From: Gemmatimonadaceae bacterium | Lineage (GTDB): Bacteria; Gemmatimonadota; Gemmatimonadetes; Gemmatimonadales; Gemmatimonadaceae | Direction of reading: 5' to 3' | Length of the DNA: 64,000 nucleotides | NCBI GenBank assembly: GCA_031412375.1 | Contig: JANOCW010000101.1 | Location: 4,388 to 68,387 of the forward strand | Shown here: positions 56,646 to 64,000 of the stretch, piece by piece | How the letters are laid out: each line of letters opens with the position of its first letter | Position numbering within the stretch: the stretch's first letter is position 1 | The notes under the pieces: model-generated | Told to the model about the DNA's origin: nothing | What the model saw: the letters and a program-made list of their open reading frames with translations, nothing else | The model's database searches: none | Made by a program: the position numbers and the translations under genes

Positions 56646-57971
56646 TCAGAAGGAGACCGACAGCACGGGGAAACGTCCGCGTATTCCGGCCGCGGCGAGC
56701 GCCGCGCCGGCGGGATTGAAGCGCAGGCGCGACGAGAATCGGCCTTCGTCGCCGCCGGGCGCGATGTAGAGATGGGTGGCCGTCACGCCCGCGATCGCCG
56801 AAGCGGCGGCGATCCCGACGTTGAGGGTGGAGTTGTCGGTGCCACCGACGAGGTTCGCGACGCCGAGTCCCACGAGAGCGCCAGCGATCCCGCCGACGCC
56901 GAGCAGTGTCGCGTCACCCACGCTGTGATCGAATCGCTTGACCAGCAAGCGGTCACCCGCAATGATGCCGCCAAGGAAGCCGCCAGTGAGCGCGAGTGAG
57001 CCGGCAGTCAGCCCCGTCGAGTTGTCGATAATGAAGGTCGACGCGGTCAGGGCGCCGAGCGCTCCCGTGACCCACAGGGTCCCGACGTCTCCCCCAGTCA
57101 CCTTGTAGGACACGCTCCGCGGATAGAGATACCCCAGCGGATACCCGAGCGCGGCCGCACCGACAATGAAGGCGGCGTCGCCGCGTCCGAAAGAGATGTC
57201 GTCATCACCACCCTGGGCGGCGGCGAGCAGTCCGATCGCCGTGAGCAGCGAGACATCCGCTCCGAATCCGGAGGCAGCCGCCTCGGCTCCCGTCATCCGG
57301 TTGCCCATGATGAGACCCGCCGCCGTTCCCGCGAGCCCACCCACGAAGTAGCCGGTCGCGCTGGCTTCATCGTTGTATTCGCTGGCGCCGAGGATGTAGG
57401 GCAGCGCACCGCCAGCAACCGCGCCGTGCAGGGCCCCATGCGTGGACAGCGCGAGCATCGCCGGCGTGATCGTGTAGTCGCGCGCGATCTGGGTTGCGCC
57501 GAAGAATGTCGCGCCAGCCACGAGGAGATATGCCGACGCACCACCTGCGTCGTTATCCGTCACCGCTGTTGCGAAGGCCGGGGCATAAATCGCCAATCCG
57601 AGAAGGCTCTGGACGATGATGAATCCTCCCCGCTTCCCGCGGGGCGGCCGCGCGATGAACTGCGATGGAAGCGTCGACACGCGCTCGCGCAGATAGGCAA
57701 CATCCGACCCCGTGAGCGAGTACCGCTCGACCGTGCCGTCGCGCCGCGCCACCGCCACGACATAGGCGTCGGGACCGATCGCGAAGAGCCGCGCCTCGGT
57801 GTAGTCGCCGATCACCCGCCACGCCGGCGGACCGAGCTGGAGGCGGGCAGCGATCGAGGGCGTGACCGCCATCACGCGGCCCGCGGAATCGAAGGGCTGT
57901 GGGGTTTCGACGACCTGCGCGCGCGCGAATGGCGCGATGAGGAGGATCAGGGCCAACAGGGTACGGATCAT
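56646..57971 (-). CDS. Hypothetical polytopic membrane protein rich in glycine-zipper (GxxxG) helices
   Basis: A signal peptide and a soluble domain of about 110 aa are followed by about 10 Gly/Ala-rich hydrophobic segments. No family recognised. Confidence 0.55.
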   Translation of the reverse strand: MIRTLLALILLIAPFARAQVVETPQPFDSAGRVMAVTPSIAARLQLGPPAWRVIGDYTEARLFAIGPDAYVVAVARRDGTVERYSLTGSDVAYLRERVSTLPSQFIARPPRGKRGGFIIVQSLLGLAIYAPAFATAVTDNDAGGASAYLLVAGATFFGATQIARDYTITPAMLALSTHGALHGAVAGGALPYILGASEYNDEASATGYFVGGLAGTAAGLIMGNRMTGAEAAASGFGADVSLLTAIGLLAAAQGGDDDISFGRGDAAFIVGAAALGYPLGYLYPRSVSYKVTGGDVGTLWVTGALGALTASTFIIDNSTGLTAGSLALTGGFLGGIIAGDRLLVKRFDHSVGDATLLGVGGIAGALVGLGVANLVGGTDNSTLNVGIAAASAIAGVTATHLYIAPGGDEGRFSSRLRFNPAGAALAAAGIRGRFPVLSVSF

Positions 57972-58047
57972 TGCGTCTCGGGAAGTGAGGGACCGTCACC
58001 AAATCTAATCGGCCGGGGTCATGGCGTCGTACGAGCCGGCCCGGCGA

Positions 58048-58287
58048 TCAGTTGCGCGTCCGTCGCCGGACATCGAATACCGCACTCCGCCGGCACTTCG
58101 GGCAGATCAACCACTCCCGCTGGCGCGCATACCCCAGCCCGAACGATCCGCCGCCGATGGAACGCTGTGTCATCGTTGCCGCGCAGCGGGGGCAGGCGGG
58201 CAGTACCCCACCGCCGTATGTCGCGCGCATTGCATCCAGCTCGGCAGCATCGTACTGCGCCCGGTCGCCGGAACGTTCATCCGTCAC
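58048..58287 (-). CDS. Small zinc-ribbon protein (CxxC ... CxxC), start uncertain
   Basis: Has ...PACPRCAATMTQRS...LICPKCRRSAVFDV. The GTG at 58287 overlaps the thioesterase stop (GTGA). An alternative ATG at 58230 gives 60 aa. Confidence 0.4.
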   Translation of the reverse strand: MTDERSGDRAQYDAAELDAMRATYGGGVLPACPRCAATMTQRSIGGGSFGLGYARQREWLICPKCRRSAVFDVRRRTRN

Positions 58288-58664
58288 AGCGATGGCAGCT
58301 TCGCCGCGATGGCAGGTGGAATCGGCACCGTGCGGTGACCGTCGTAGTCGTATGCGACCTGCACGGTGCGCCCTTCCGCGACCACGCGGCCGTCGCGCGC
58401 ATCCCGCACGACATAGCTCCACACCCACGCCTTCGTCCGGATCTCCGTCGTCGTGATCTCGATCTCGAGCGGATCGCCGATGCGCGCCTGGCTCCGGTAC
58501 TGCACGCTCGCTTCCGCGAGGATGAAGGGAAACTCCGCGTCGCCCTCGAGCGCCTCGACCCACGCGCGCTCCCGCGCCATCTCGAAGTAGGTGAGGAACA
58601 CCGCGTTATTGACGTGGCCCTTCGTGTCGTAATCGTTGTAGCGCGTCGCCAGGGGGAAGCGCAT
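58284..58664 (-). CDS. Acyl-CoA thioesterase, 4HBT/YbgC hot-dog family
   Basis: Has RYNDYDTKGHVNNAVFLTYFEMARERAW. 126 aa. Confidence 0.85.
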   Translation of the reverse strand: MRFPLATRYNDYDTKGHVNNAVFLTYFEMARERAWVEALEGDAEFPFILAEASVQYRSQARIGDPLEIEITTTEIRTKAWVWSYVVRDARDGRVVAEGRTVQVAYDYDGHRTVPIPPAIAAKLPSL

Positions 58665-58667
58665 CGC

Positions 58668-59702
58668 TCAGATCCTGACCACGATCTTTCCGAACTGCGC
58701 GCCAGATGCCAGGCGGTCGAAAGCGCGGCGTCCGTCCCGCAGCTCGTGCACCGAATCGACCGGCGGCACCAGGCGCCCGGCTCGAAACTCAGCCGTCATC
58801 GCATCGAACTCCGCATCGTTGCCCATCGTCGAGCCCATGATCGTCCACTGGTTCCAGAACAGGCGCCGAACGTCAGTCTCGACCATCGGACCAGACGTCC
58901 CGCCGCAGGTCACCAGACGGCCCCGCTTGCCGAGCGCACCAAGCGAGCGAGTCCAGGTTGCCTCACCGACATTGTCGATCACGACATCCACCCCGCGCTT
59001 CCCCGTTCGTGCGCGGACAACCTTCGCGACATCCTCGGTGGCATGGTTGATCGTCTCGTCGGCGCCGAGCTCGCGCGCGCGCGCCAGCTTCTCATCGCTG
59101 CCCGATGTCACCCACACTCTCGCACCGCGGATCTTCGCGATCTGGAGCGCGGCGAGCGCGACCCCGCCCCCGATGCCCCAGACCAGGACCTCGTCGCCCG
59201 GGCCTACTCGTGCCCGCGAGACCACCATGCGCCACGCGGTGAGCGTCGCGAGCGGGAACGCGGCGGCCGTCAGCATGTCGGTGCCCGCGGGAATGGTCCA
59301 AACGTTCGCCGACGGCACCACGATGTACTCGGCGAGCGTCCCCGGATGATGCTCTCCCAGGATGCCGTAGCGCACACACAGCGGATGATCGCCCTCCAGA
59401 CAATAGGCGCACGTTCGGTCGCTGATGCCGGGATTGATGATGACCGTGTCGCCAGCATGGAGATTCCCTGCCTCAGTCCCGACCGCGTGGACCGTACCGG
59501 CCCCGTCGGCGCCCAGCACCCAGGGCGGCGTGATGGTGACACCCGGAAGGCCACCGAAGACGAACAGGTCGAGGTGGTTGAGCGCAGCCGCGGCGAGGCG
59601 GATCCGCACATCCGTCGGGTTTCGCACCTCCGGGATTGGCAGGTCATCGCGATACTCGAGCTGATCGAGCGTTCCATGCTTCGAGATGGTGAGTGCGCGC
59701 AC
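58668..59702 (-). CDS. Zinc-type alcohol dehydrogenase / quinone oxidoreductase (MDR superfamily)
   Basis: MDR fold ([12 protein letters not shown], nucleotide motif [16 protein letters not shown]). Start is GTG at 59702 ([10 protein letters not shown]...) or the track ATG at 59747. Confidence 0.8.
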   Translation of the reverse strand: MRALTISKHGTLDQLEYRDDLPIPEVRNPTDVRIRLAAAALNHLDLFVFGGLPGVTITPPWVLGADGAGTVHAVGTEAGNLHAGDTVIINPGISDRTCAYCLEGDHPLCVRYGILGEHHPGTLAEYIVVPSANVWTIPAGTDMLTAAAFPLATLTAWRMVVSRARVGPGDEVLVWGIGGGVALAALQIAKIRGARVWVTSGSDEKLARARELGADETINHATEDVAKVVRARTGKRGVDVVIDNVGEATWTRSLGALGKRGRLVTCGGTSGPMVETDVRRLFWNQWTIMGSTMGNDAEFDAMTAEFRAGRLVPPVDSVHELRDGRRAFDRLASGAQFGKIVVRI

Positions 59703-59782
59703 GGGCTCGTTATATTGAGTGGGCCAACGGAGGCGCGATGGTCGCACCTTCGGACGGCACGAACTTCCTCACCCGTGTGCGC

Positions 59783-61063
59783 ATGATCTCCATCAAGGTT
59801 CCCCCTCTCGGTGAGTCCATCGTCGAGGCGACGATCGCACGCTGGCTCAAGAACGAGGGAGATGCCGTCACCGCGGGCGAGACGCTGGTCGAGCTCGAGA
59901 CGGATAAGATTACCGTGGAAGTGCCGGCGCTCAAAGGCGGCGTGCTCACGCGACGCCTCAAGGCCGAGGGTGATGTCGTCAAGGTCGATGAGCAGCTCGC
60001 CGAAGTCGACGAGGGTGCGGTGCCGGCGATAGCTGCGGCGTCCGCGCCGACAATAACGGCGGCGGCGGCGCCTGCGCCGTCGCCACCAGCATCGGCACCC
60101 GCACCAGCATCGGCACCTGCACTCGCAACCGCCGGCCCCGGCGACGTGAAATCCTCGCCCGCCGCACGTCGAGTTGCCGCCGAGCAGGGGGTGGACCTCG
60201 CGGCGGTGAGCGGAACCGGGCGCGGTGGTGTCGTCAGCAAGCCGGATGTCATCGGCGCTGCATCCTCGCGCGGCAGTGCTGGCCCGGCTGGGGACACGAC
60301 ACCGCCGGAAGCGTCGACCCCCGCCTCACGTCCCCCGGCCACGGCGCCGTCAGCATCGTCCAACGGCGCGCGCGAAACCCGGGAAAAGATGTCGACGCGC
60401 CGACGGCGGATTGCCGAGCACCTGCTCGAGTCGCAGCACGCGACGGCGCACCTCACGACGTTCAATGAAGTGGACATGACCGGGGTGATGCAGCTTCGCG
60501 ATCGCCTCAAGGACCGCATCGAGAAGGAGCACGGCGTGAAGCTGACGTTCATGCCGTTCTTCATCAAGGCGGCGACGATGGCCCTCGACAGCTACCCGGT
60601 GGTCAACAGCCAGGTCGACGGCGACTCGATCGTCTACCGGCATTACGTGAACATGGGCATCGCCGTCGCATCGGAGCAGGGACTGATCGTCCCGAACATC
60701 AAGGATGCCCACAGCAAGGGAATGCTCGACATCAGCCGCGAGCTGGCCGCCGTGGCGAAGCGCGCGCGGGACGGCAAGCTGGCGATGGACGATCTCATCG
60801 GCGGCACGTTCACCATCACGAATGGCGGTGTCTTCGGGTCACTCGTCTCGACGCCGATCATCAACTATCCGCAGGTCGGCATCCTTGGCCTGCACAAGAT
60901 TCAGGATCGCCCGGTCGCGATTGCCGGGAAGGTCGAGATCCGGCCGATGATGTACATCGCGCTGTCCTATGACCATCGCGTCGTCGATGGCCAGCAGGCG
61001 GTGCTTTTCCTCGTGCGCGTGAAGGAGCTGCTCGAGGACCCGGGTGCCATGCTCGTGGCGTGA
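59783..61063 (+). CDS. sucB: 2-oxoacid dehydrogenase E2 component, most like dihydrolipoyllysine-residue succinyltransferase
   Basis: A single lipoyl domain ([15 protein letters not shown]), an Ala/Pro linker, the E3-binding domain ([25 protein letters not shown]) and the catalytic domain ([28 protein letters not shown]). Confidence 0.8.
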   Translation: MISIKVPPLGESIVEATIARWLKNEGDAVTAGETLVELETDKITVEVPALKGGVLTRRLKAEGDVVKVDEQLAEVDEGAVPAIAAASAPTITAAAAPAPSPPASAPAPASAPALATAGPGDVKSSPAARRVAAEQGVDLAAVSGTGRGGVVSKPDVIGAASSRGSAGPAGDTTPPEASTPASRPPATAPSASSNGARETREKMSTRRRRIAEHLLESQHATAHLTTFNEVDMTGVMQLRDRLKDRIEKEHGVKLTFMPFFIKAATMALDSYPVVNSQVDGDSIVYRHYVNMGIAVASEQGLIVPNIKDAHSKGMLDISRELAAVAKRARDGKLAMDDLIGGTFTITNGGVFGSLVSTPIINYPQVGILGLHKIQDRPVAIAGKVEIRPMMYIALSYDHRVVDGQQAVLFLVRVKELLEDPGAMLVA

Positions 61064-61091
61064 CCTGATCGTGACCCTCGTGTGTCGAAGG

Positions 61092-61125
61092 CTTCCGGAT
61101 GCAGGTCCGGAAGTCTTTTACGTTT
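61092..61125 (+). terminator. Intrinsic terminator after sucB
   Basis: CTTCCGGA (61092-61099), loop, TCCGGAAG (61106-61113), followed by TCTTTTACGTTT. Confidence 0.5.
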
Positions 61126-61328
61126 CACCTGAAACCCGCGATGCTCGTCGTCCGTATCGTCATCGCACGATCGAGGCAACCATTTGCCGCGATCAGGCAT
61201 CCAAGATCATGAAGGGCACGACTGGACGCAGGACGCATGGACGGTGGATGGGGTAGAGCGTGGGGACGCTCTACCACCGACATGCGCTCGGGGTCGACGC
61301 GAAGGAGTTGGGGGAGCTCGATCCCGGG

Positions 61329-61370
61329 AGCGGGTGTGGTCGAAGGTGACCACACCCGCTAGTTTTTTTT
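61329..61370 (+). terminator. Strong intrinsic terminator 29 nt upstream of the lpdA ATG
   Basis: AGCGGGTGTGGTC, loop gaag, GTGACCACACCCGCT (61329-61360), then AGTTTTTTTT (61361-61370). Confidence 0.75.
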
Positions 61371-61398
61371 GCCACCGTCCCTCTCCCGCATCCACGCC

Positions 61399-62808
61399 AT
61401 GTCCAGCTCACCAACCCCCGCCGACGTCGTCGTCATCGGCGGCGGCCCCGGCGGCTACGTCGCCTCCATCCGCGCCGCGCAGCTCGGCCTCCAGACGGTC
61501 TGCGTCGAGATGGACCGCACCCTCGGCGGCACCTGTGTGAACGTCGGCTGCATCCCGTCGAAGGCGCTGCTGCAGTCGTCGGAGCACTACGAGTTCACGC
61601 GGCTGCACGCGGCGGAACACGGCATCCGGACGGGCGACGTGTCGTTCGACCTCGACACGATGCAGAAGCGGAAGATCGCCGTGGTCGCGAGCAACACCCG
61701 TGGCGTCGAGTTCCTCTTCAAGAAGAACAAGGTCACGTGGGCGAAGGGCAAGGGAACACTGCGCGCAGGCAACATTGTGGACGTGTCTGGCGCCGACGGC
61801 AGCGTGCTGTCATATCAGGCGAAGCACGTCATCGTTGCGACGGGTTCAGAGCCGATCCCGCTGCCCTTCCTTCCCTTCGATGAGCAGCGCGTCCTCTCCA
61901 ACGTTGGCGCACTCGAGCTCTCCGAAATCCCGCGACACCTGATCGTCATCGGCGGCGGGGTGATCGGCCTCGAGCTCGGTTCCGTGTGGCGGCGACTTGG
62001 CGCGAAGGTCACGGTCGTCGAACTCGCCCCGTCGATTCTTCCGGGGTCCGATGCGGACATCATCAAGGAAGCGGACCGTATTTTCCGGAAACAGGGTCTC
62101 GACCTGCGTGTCGGAACGAAAGTCGTCGGTGCGAACCGTGACGGTGACCGGATCCTGCTGGAGGTCGAGAGCAACGGCACGCGCGAGATGATCGATGCAG
62201 ACCGCGTCCTCGTGTCGATCGGACGCCGGCCGCTGCTCCGCGGTATCGATGTCAAGACGCTCGGCATCACGATGGGTCGTCGAGGGGAGATTCAGGTGGA
62301 CAGCCAGATGCGGACGAGCGTTGCCAATGTCTTCGCGATCGGCGATGTCGTCGGCGGCAAGCTGCTCGCGCACAAGGCAGAGGAGGAAGGCGTGATCGCG
62401 GCAGAGGTGATTGCCGGCAAGCCCGCCGAAATGCACTATCGCTCGATGCCCTCCGTCGTCTACACCTGGCCGGAGATCGCATCGGTCGGGCTCGCGGAGC
62501 ACGAGATACAGGACAGCGGGCGTCGCTACACGGTGGGCAGGTTCCCGTTCTCGGCCAACGGGCGCGCGCGGACGATGGGCGAGACGAATGGCTTCGTCAA
62601 AGTGATCGCGGATGCCGAGACGGATGAGATGCTCGGTGTGCACATCCTGGGAGCGAACGCTTCGGATCTCATCGCCGAGATCGTGCTCGCGTTCGAGTAT
62701 CGTGGTGCGGCGGAGGATGTCGGCATGACGGTGCACGCGCATCCGACGCTGTCGGAGGCGGTGAAGGAAGCGGCGCTCGGAGCGCTGGGTCGGTCGATTC
62801 ACATCTAG
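61399..62808 (+). CDS. lpdA: Dihydrolipoyl dehydrogenase (E3)
   Basis: Has VVVIGGGPGGY, the redox disulfide GGTCVNVGCIPSK, and C-terminal HAHPTLSE. Confidence 0.95.
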   Translation: MSSSPTPADVVVIGGGPGGYVASIRAAQLGLQTVCVEMDRTLGGTCVNVGCIPSKALLQSSEHYEFTRLHAAEHGIRTGDVSFDLDTMQKRKIAVVASNTRGVEFLFKKNKVTWAKGKGTLRAGNIVDVSGADGSVLSYQAKHVIVATGSEPIPLPFLPFDEQRVLSNVGALELSEIPRHLIVIGGGVIGLELGSVWRRLGAKVTVVELAPSILPGSDADIIKEADRIFRKQGLDLRVGTKVVGANRDGDRILLEVESNGTREMIDADRVLVSIGRRPLLRGIDVKTLGITMGRRGEIQVDSQMRTSVANVFAIGDVVGGKLLAHKAEEEGVIAAEVIAGKPAEMHYRSMPSVVYTWPEIASVGLAEHEIQDSGRRYTVGRFPFSANGRARTMGETNGFVKVIADAETDEMLGVHILGANASDLIAEIVLAFEYRGAAEDVGMTVHAHPTLSEAVKEAALGALGRSIHI

Positions 62809-62824
62809 GTCGCACGGAGGAATA

Positions 62825-63373
62825 GTGAACCGCTCTCAGCGCCCGATCCTTGCCGCCCTGGTCGTTGCCGTGTTCGGCGGGTGCAGCGACTCGACGGGCA
62901 CTCGTCTCATGCCGGCGGGCACGCTCTCCGTTGCGCTATCCGGCGCGCTCACGGGCCACTTCGACGTCCGGGGCGCACAGCCAGTCCCTGGACGACGGGA
63001 ACCGGCGACATTCGCGGCGGCGAGGGTGAGCCCGATGAGCGCTGATCGCTACCTGGTGACCGGCTTTCGCGCCCGCGACGGAAATCGCCAGGACCTGCTC
63101 AGCCTCGAGCTGAGCAGCGTGTCGGCGCCGGGTAGCTATGTGGCTGGCGGAAACCTGGTCCTCGGCGGAGTCGGCAGCGCCGCCTTGCCCGAATACGTGT
63201 ATCGGATCACGGCAGGCGCGGTGGAAGTGACGACGCTCACGGCAACGCGAATGACCGGGACCTTCGCGGCTACCGCCGTCGGTGGAACGTTCCTCAACAC
63301 GTTCCCCGTGCAGCCGGGTGATACTGTTCGGCTCACCGCCGGCACCTTCGACGTACCGATCGTCCGTCCGTAA
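62825..63373 (+). CDS. Hypothetical lipoprotein (182 aa)
   Basis: GTG at 62825 is preceded by GGAGG. Lipobox VFGGC. No family recognised. Confidence 0.55.
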   Translation: MNRSQRPILAALVVAVFGGCSDSTGTRLMPAGTLSVALSGALTGHFDVRGAQPVPGRREPATFAAARVSPMSADRYLVTGFRARDGNRQDLLSLELSSVSAPGSYVAGGNLVLGGVGSAALPEYVYRITAGAVEVTTLTATRMTGTFAATAVGGTFLNTFPVQPGDTVRLTAGTFDVPIVRP

Positions 63374-63570
63374 CCGCGCGCGCCGCCGCCTGACGGTGCT
63401 TGCGGTGTACGGCGATCCAGTTGTATTGGCCATTGGGAGCTGGCTCCGGTGTTGGCTGGAGACTGTGCTCCCGGCACACCAGCGGCCTTGGGGCGCCGAA
63501 CGACGCATGCATGGTGACGCGGTGCGCGCACCGCATTATCGTACGCCGGGCTTCTGGGGAGGATGGGTGG

Positions 63571-63969
63571 ATGCGGAAGAACGTGTACCTGCTGGCGGCG
63601 GCCATCATCTCGCTGGTGTTCGCGGTGGCGCACACCTGGTGGGGCGTGGCACATGCATTTCCGGGGATCGCGGCGTTGCCCAACCCGGGGCGTGCCAACT
63701 TCGAGACGAGCTGGAACCAGGTGGGGGGCACCTTCCTGGTGGGCGGCATCGCGCTGCTTCGCGACGCGTTCGACTCGCGATCGTCGCTGACCGTTCCGGT
63801 GCTCGTCGGCTCGATCCACGCCATGACCTTCACCGTCTTCGTGCTGCTGGTGAGTACGCGTTACCCGGCGGTGTTTGGGCGCACCGTGCCGCAGGTCACG
63901 CTGTTCGCAGTGATGCTGGTGCTCATCGCGGCCGGAGTGCGGCAGCGCCGGCTCAATCGCGGGGCGTAG
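63571..63969 (+). CDS. Hypothetical membrane protein (132 aa, 4 TM)
   Basis: ATG at 63571 is preceded by GGGGAGGA. Four hydrophobic helices. The upstream part of the track ORF is not protein-like. Confidence 0.55.
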   Translation: MRKNVYLLAAAIISLVFAVAHTWWGVAHAFPGIAALPNPGRANFETSWNQVGGTFLVGGIALLRDAFDSRSSLTVPVLVGSIHAMTFTVFVLLVSTRYPAVFGRTVPQVTLFAVMLVLIAAGVRQRRLNRGA

Positions 63970-64000
63970 CGCGATACGCGAACGGATCGTGACGCGTCGA

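Noticed and set aside
57426-59786. 786-aa ORF on the plus strand. The 759-aa ORF at 7298-9577 on the minus strand and the 590-aa ORF at 15065-16837 on the minus strand are similar cases.
   Set aside because: Each is antisense to well-supported genes (thioesterase and MDR; kup; MCP). Their Arg/Pro/His-rich translations are typical of high-GC shadow frames.
61092-61113. SRP (4.5S) RNA, because CAGGTCCGGAAG resembles the conserved domain IV motif.
   Set aside because: The match is only about 12 nt. The following GGAAGCAGC motif and the long closing helix are absent. The sequence is simply the stem of the sucB terminator.
1-64000. Defence island, prophage or integrative element in the window.
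   Set aside because: I could recognise no integrase, transposase, phage structural, restriction-modification, toxin-antitoxin or cas genes. Gene content is housekeeping, envelope and signalling, with uniform composition.

Overview
High-GC (about 65-70%) bacterial chromosomal window. By gene content and style it resembles Gemmatimonadota, but that is an impression, not a test. It is densely packed with about 50 credible CDS on both strands.

Most of the window is core or housekeeping:
- leuS and gyrA
- a complete caa3-type cytochrome c oxidase cluster (ctaC-D-E-F-G)
- sucB-lpdA, kup, an MbfA-like iron exporter and PBP4
- envelope peptidases (M23, M6)
- many signalling proteins: 2 MCPs, 2 Ser/Thr kinases, 2 GGDEF proteins

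I saw no rRNA, tRNA, CRISPR array, transposase, integrase or obvious defence genes. The ORF track writes M for GTG/TTG starts and reports the longest ORFs. Many long ORFs antisense to real genes are high-GC shadows, and several starts were trimmed by hand.

The main feature not explained by genes is a family of intergenic palindromic repeat elements:
- Conserved termini GGGAGCGGACGGCGAAG ... CTTCGCCGTCCACTCCC.
- Arms built from strictly 7-nt-periodic TCAGNNN / NNNCTGA heptads.
- Five short copies, each in a gap between convergent genes.
- A 377-bp composite relative.
- A locus where related repeat modules flank a frameshifted four-helix-bundle (23S rRNA IVS / Avd-like) gene and end in three 70-bp tandem units.

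Other items worth a second look:
- a cyclic-nucleotide-binding-domain::aspartate ammonia-lyase fusion
- a small-large-medium (hcrCAB-order) molybdenum hydroxylase whose FAD subunit carries the 4-Cys [4Fe-4S] loop
- a tandem pseudokinase-kinase protein
- a GGDEF / dehydratase / pseudo-receiver-GAF-GGDEF / zinc-ribbon-STK operon
- a substrate-binding protein translationally coupled to an MCP
- a structured 335-bp spacer bracketed by two intrinsic terminators between sucB and lpdA
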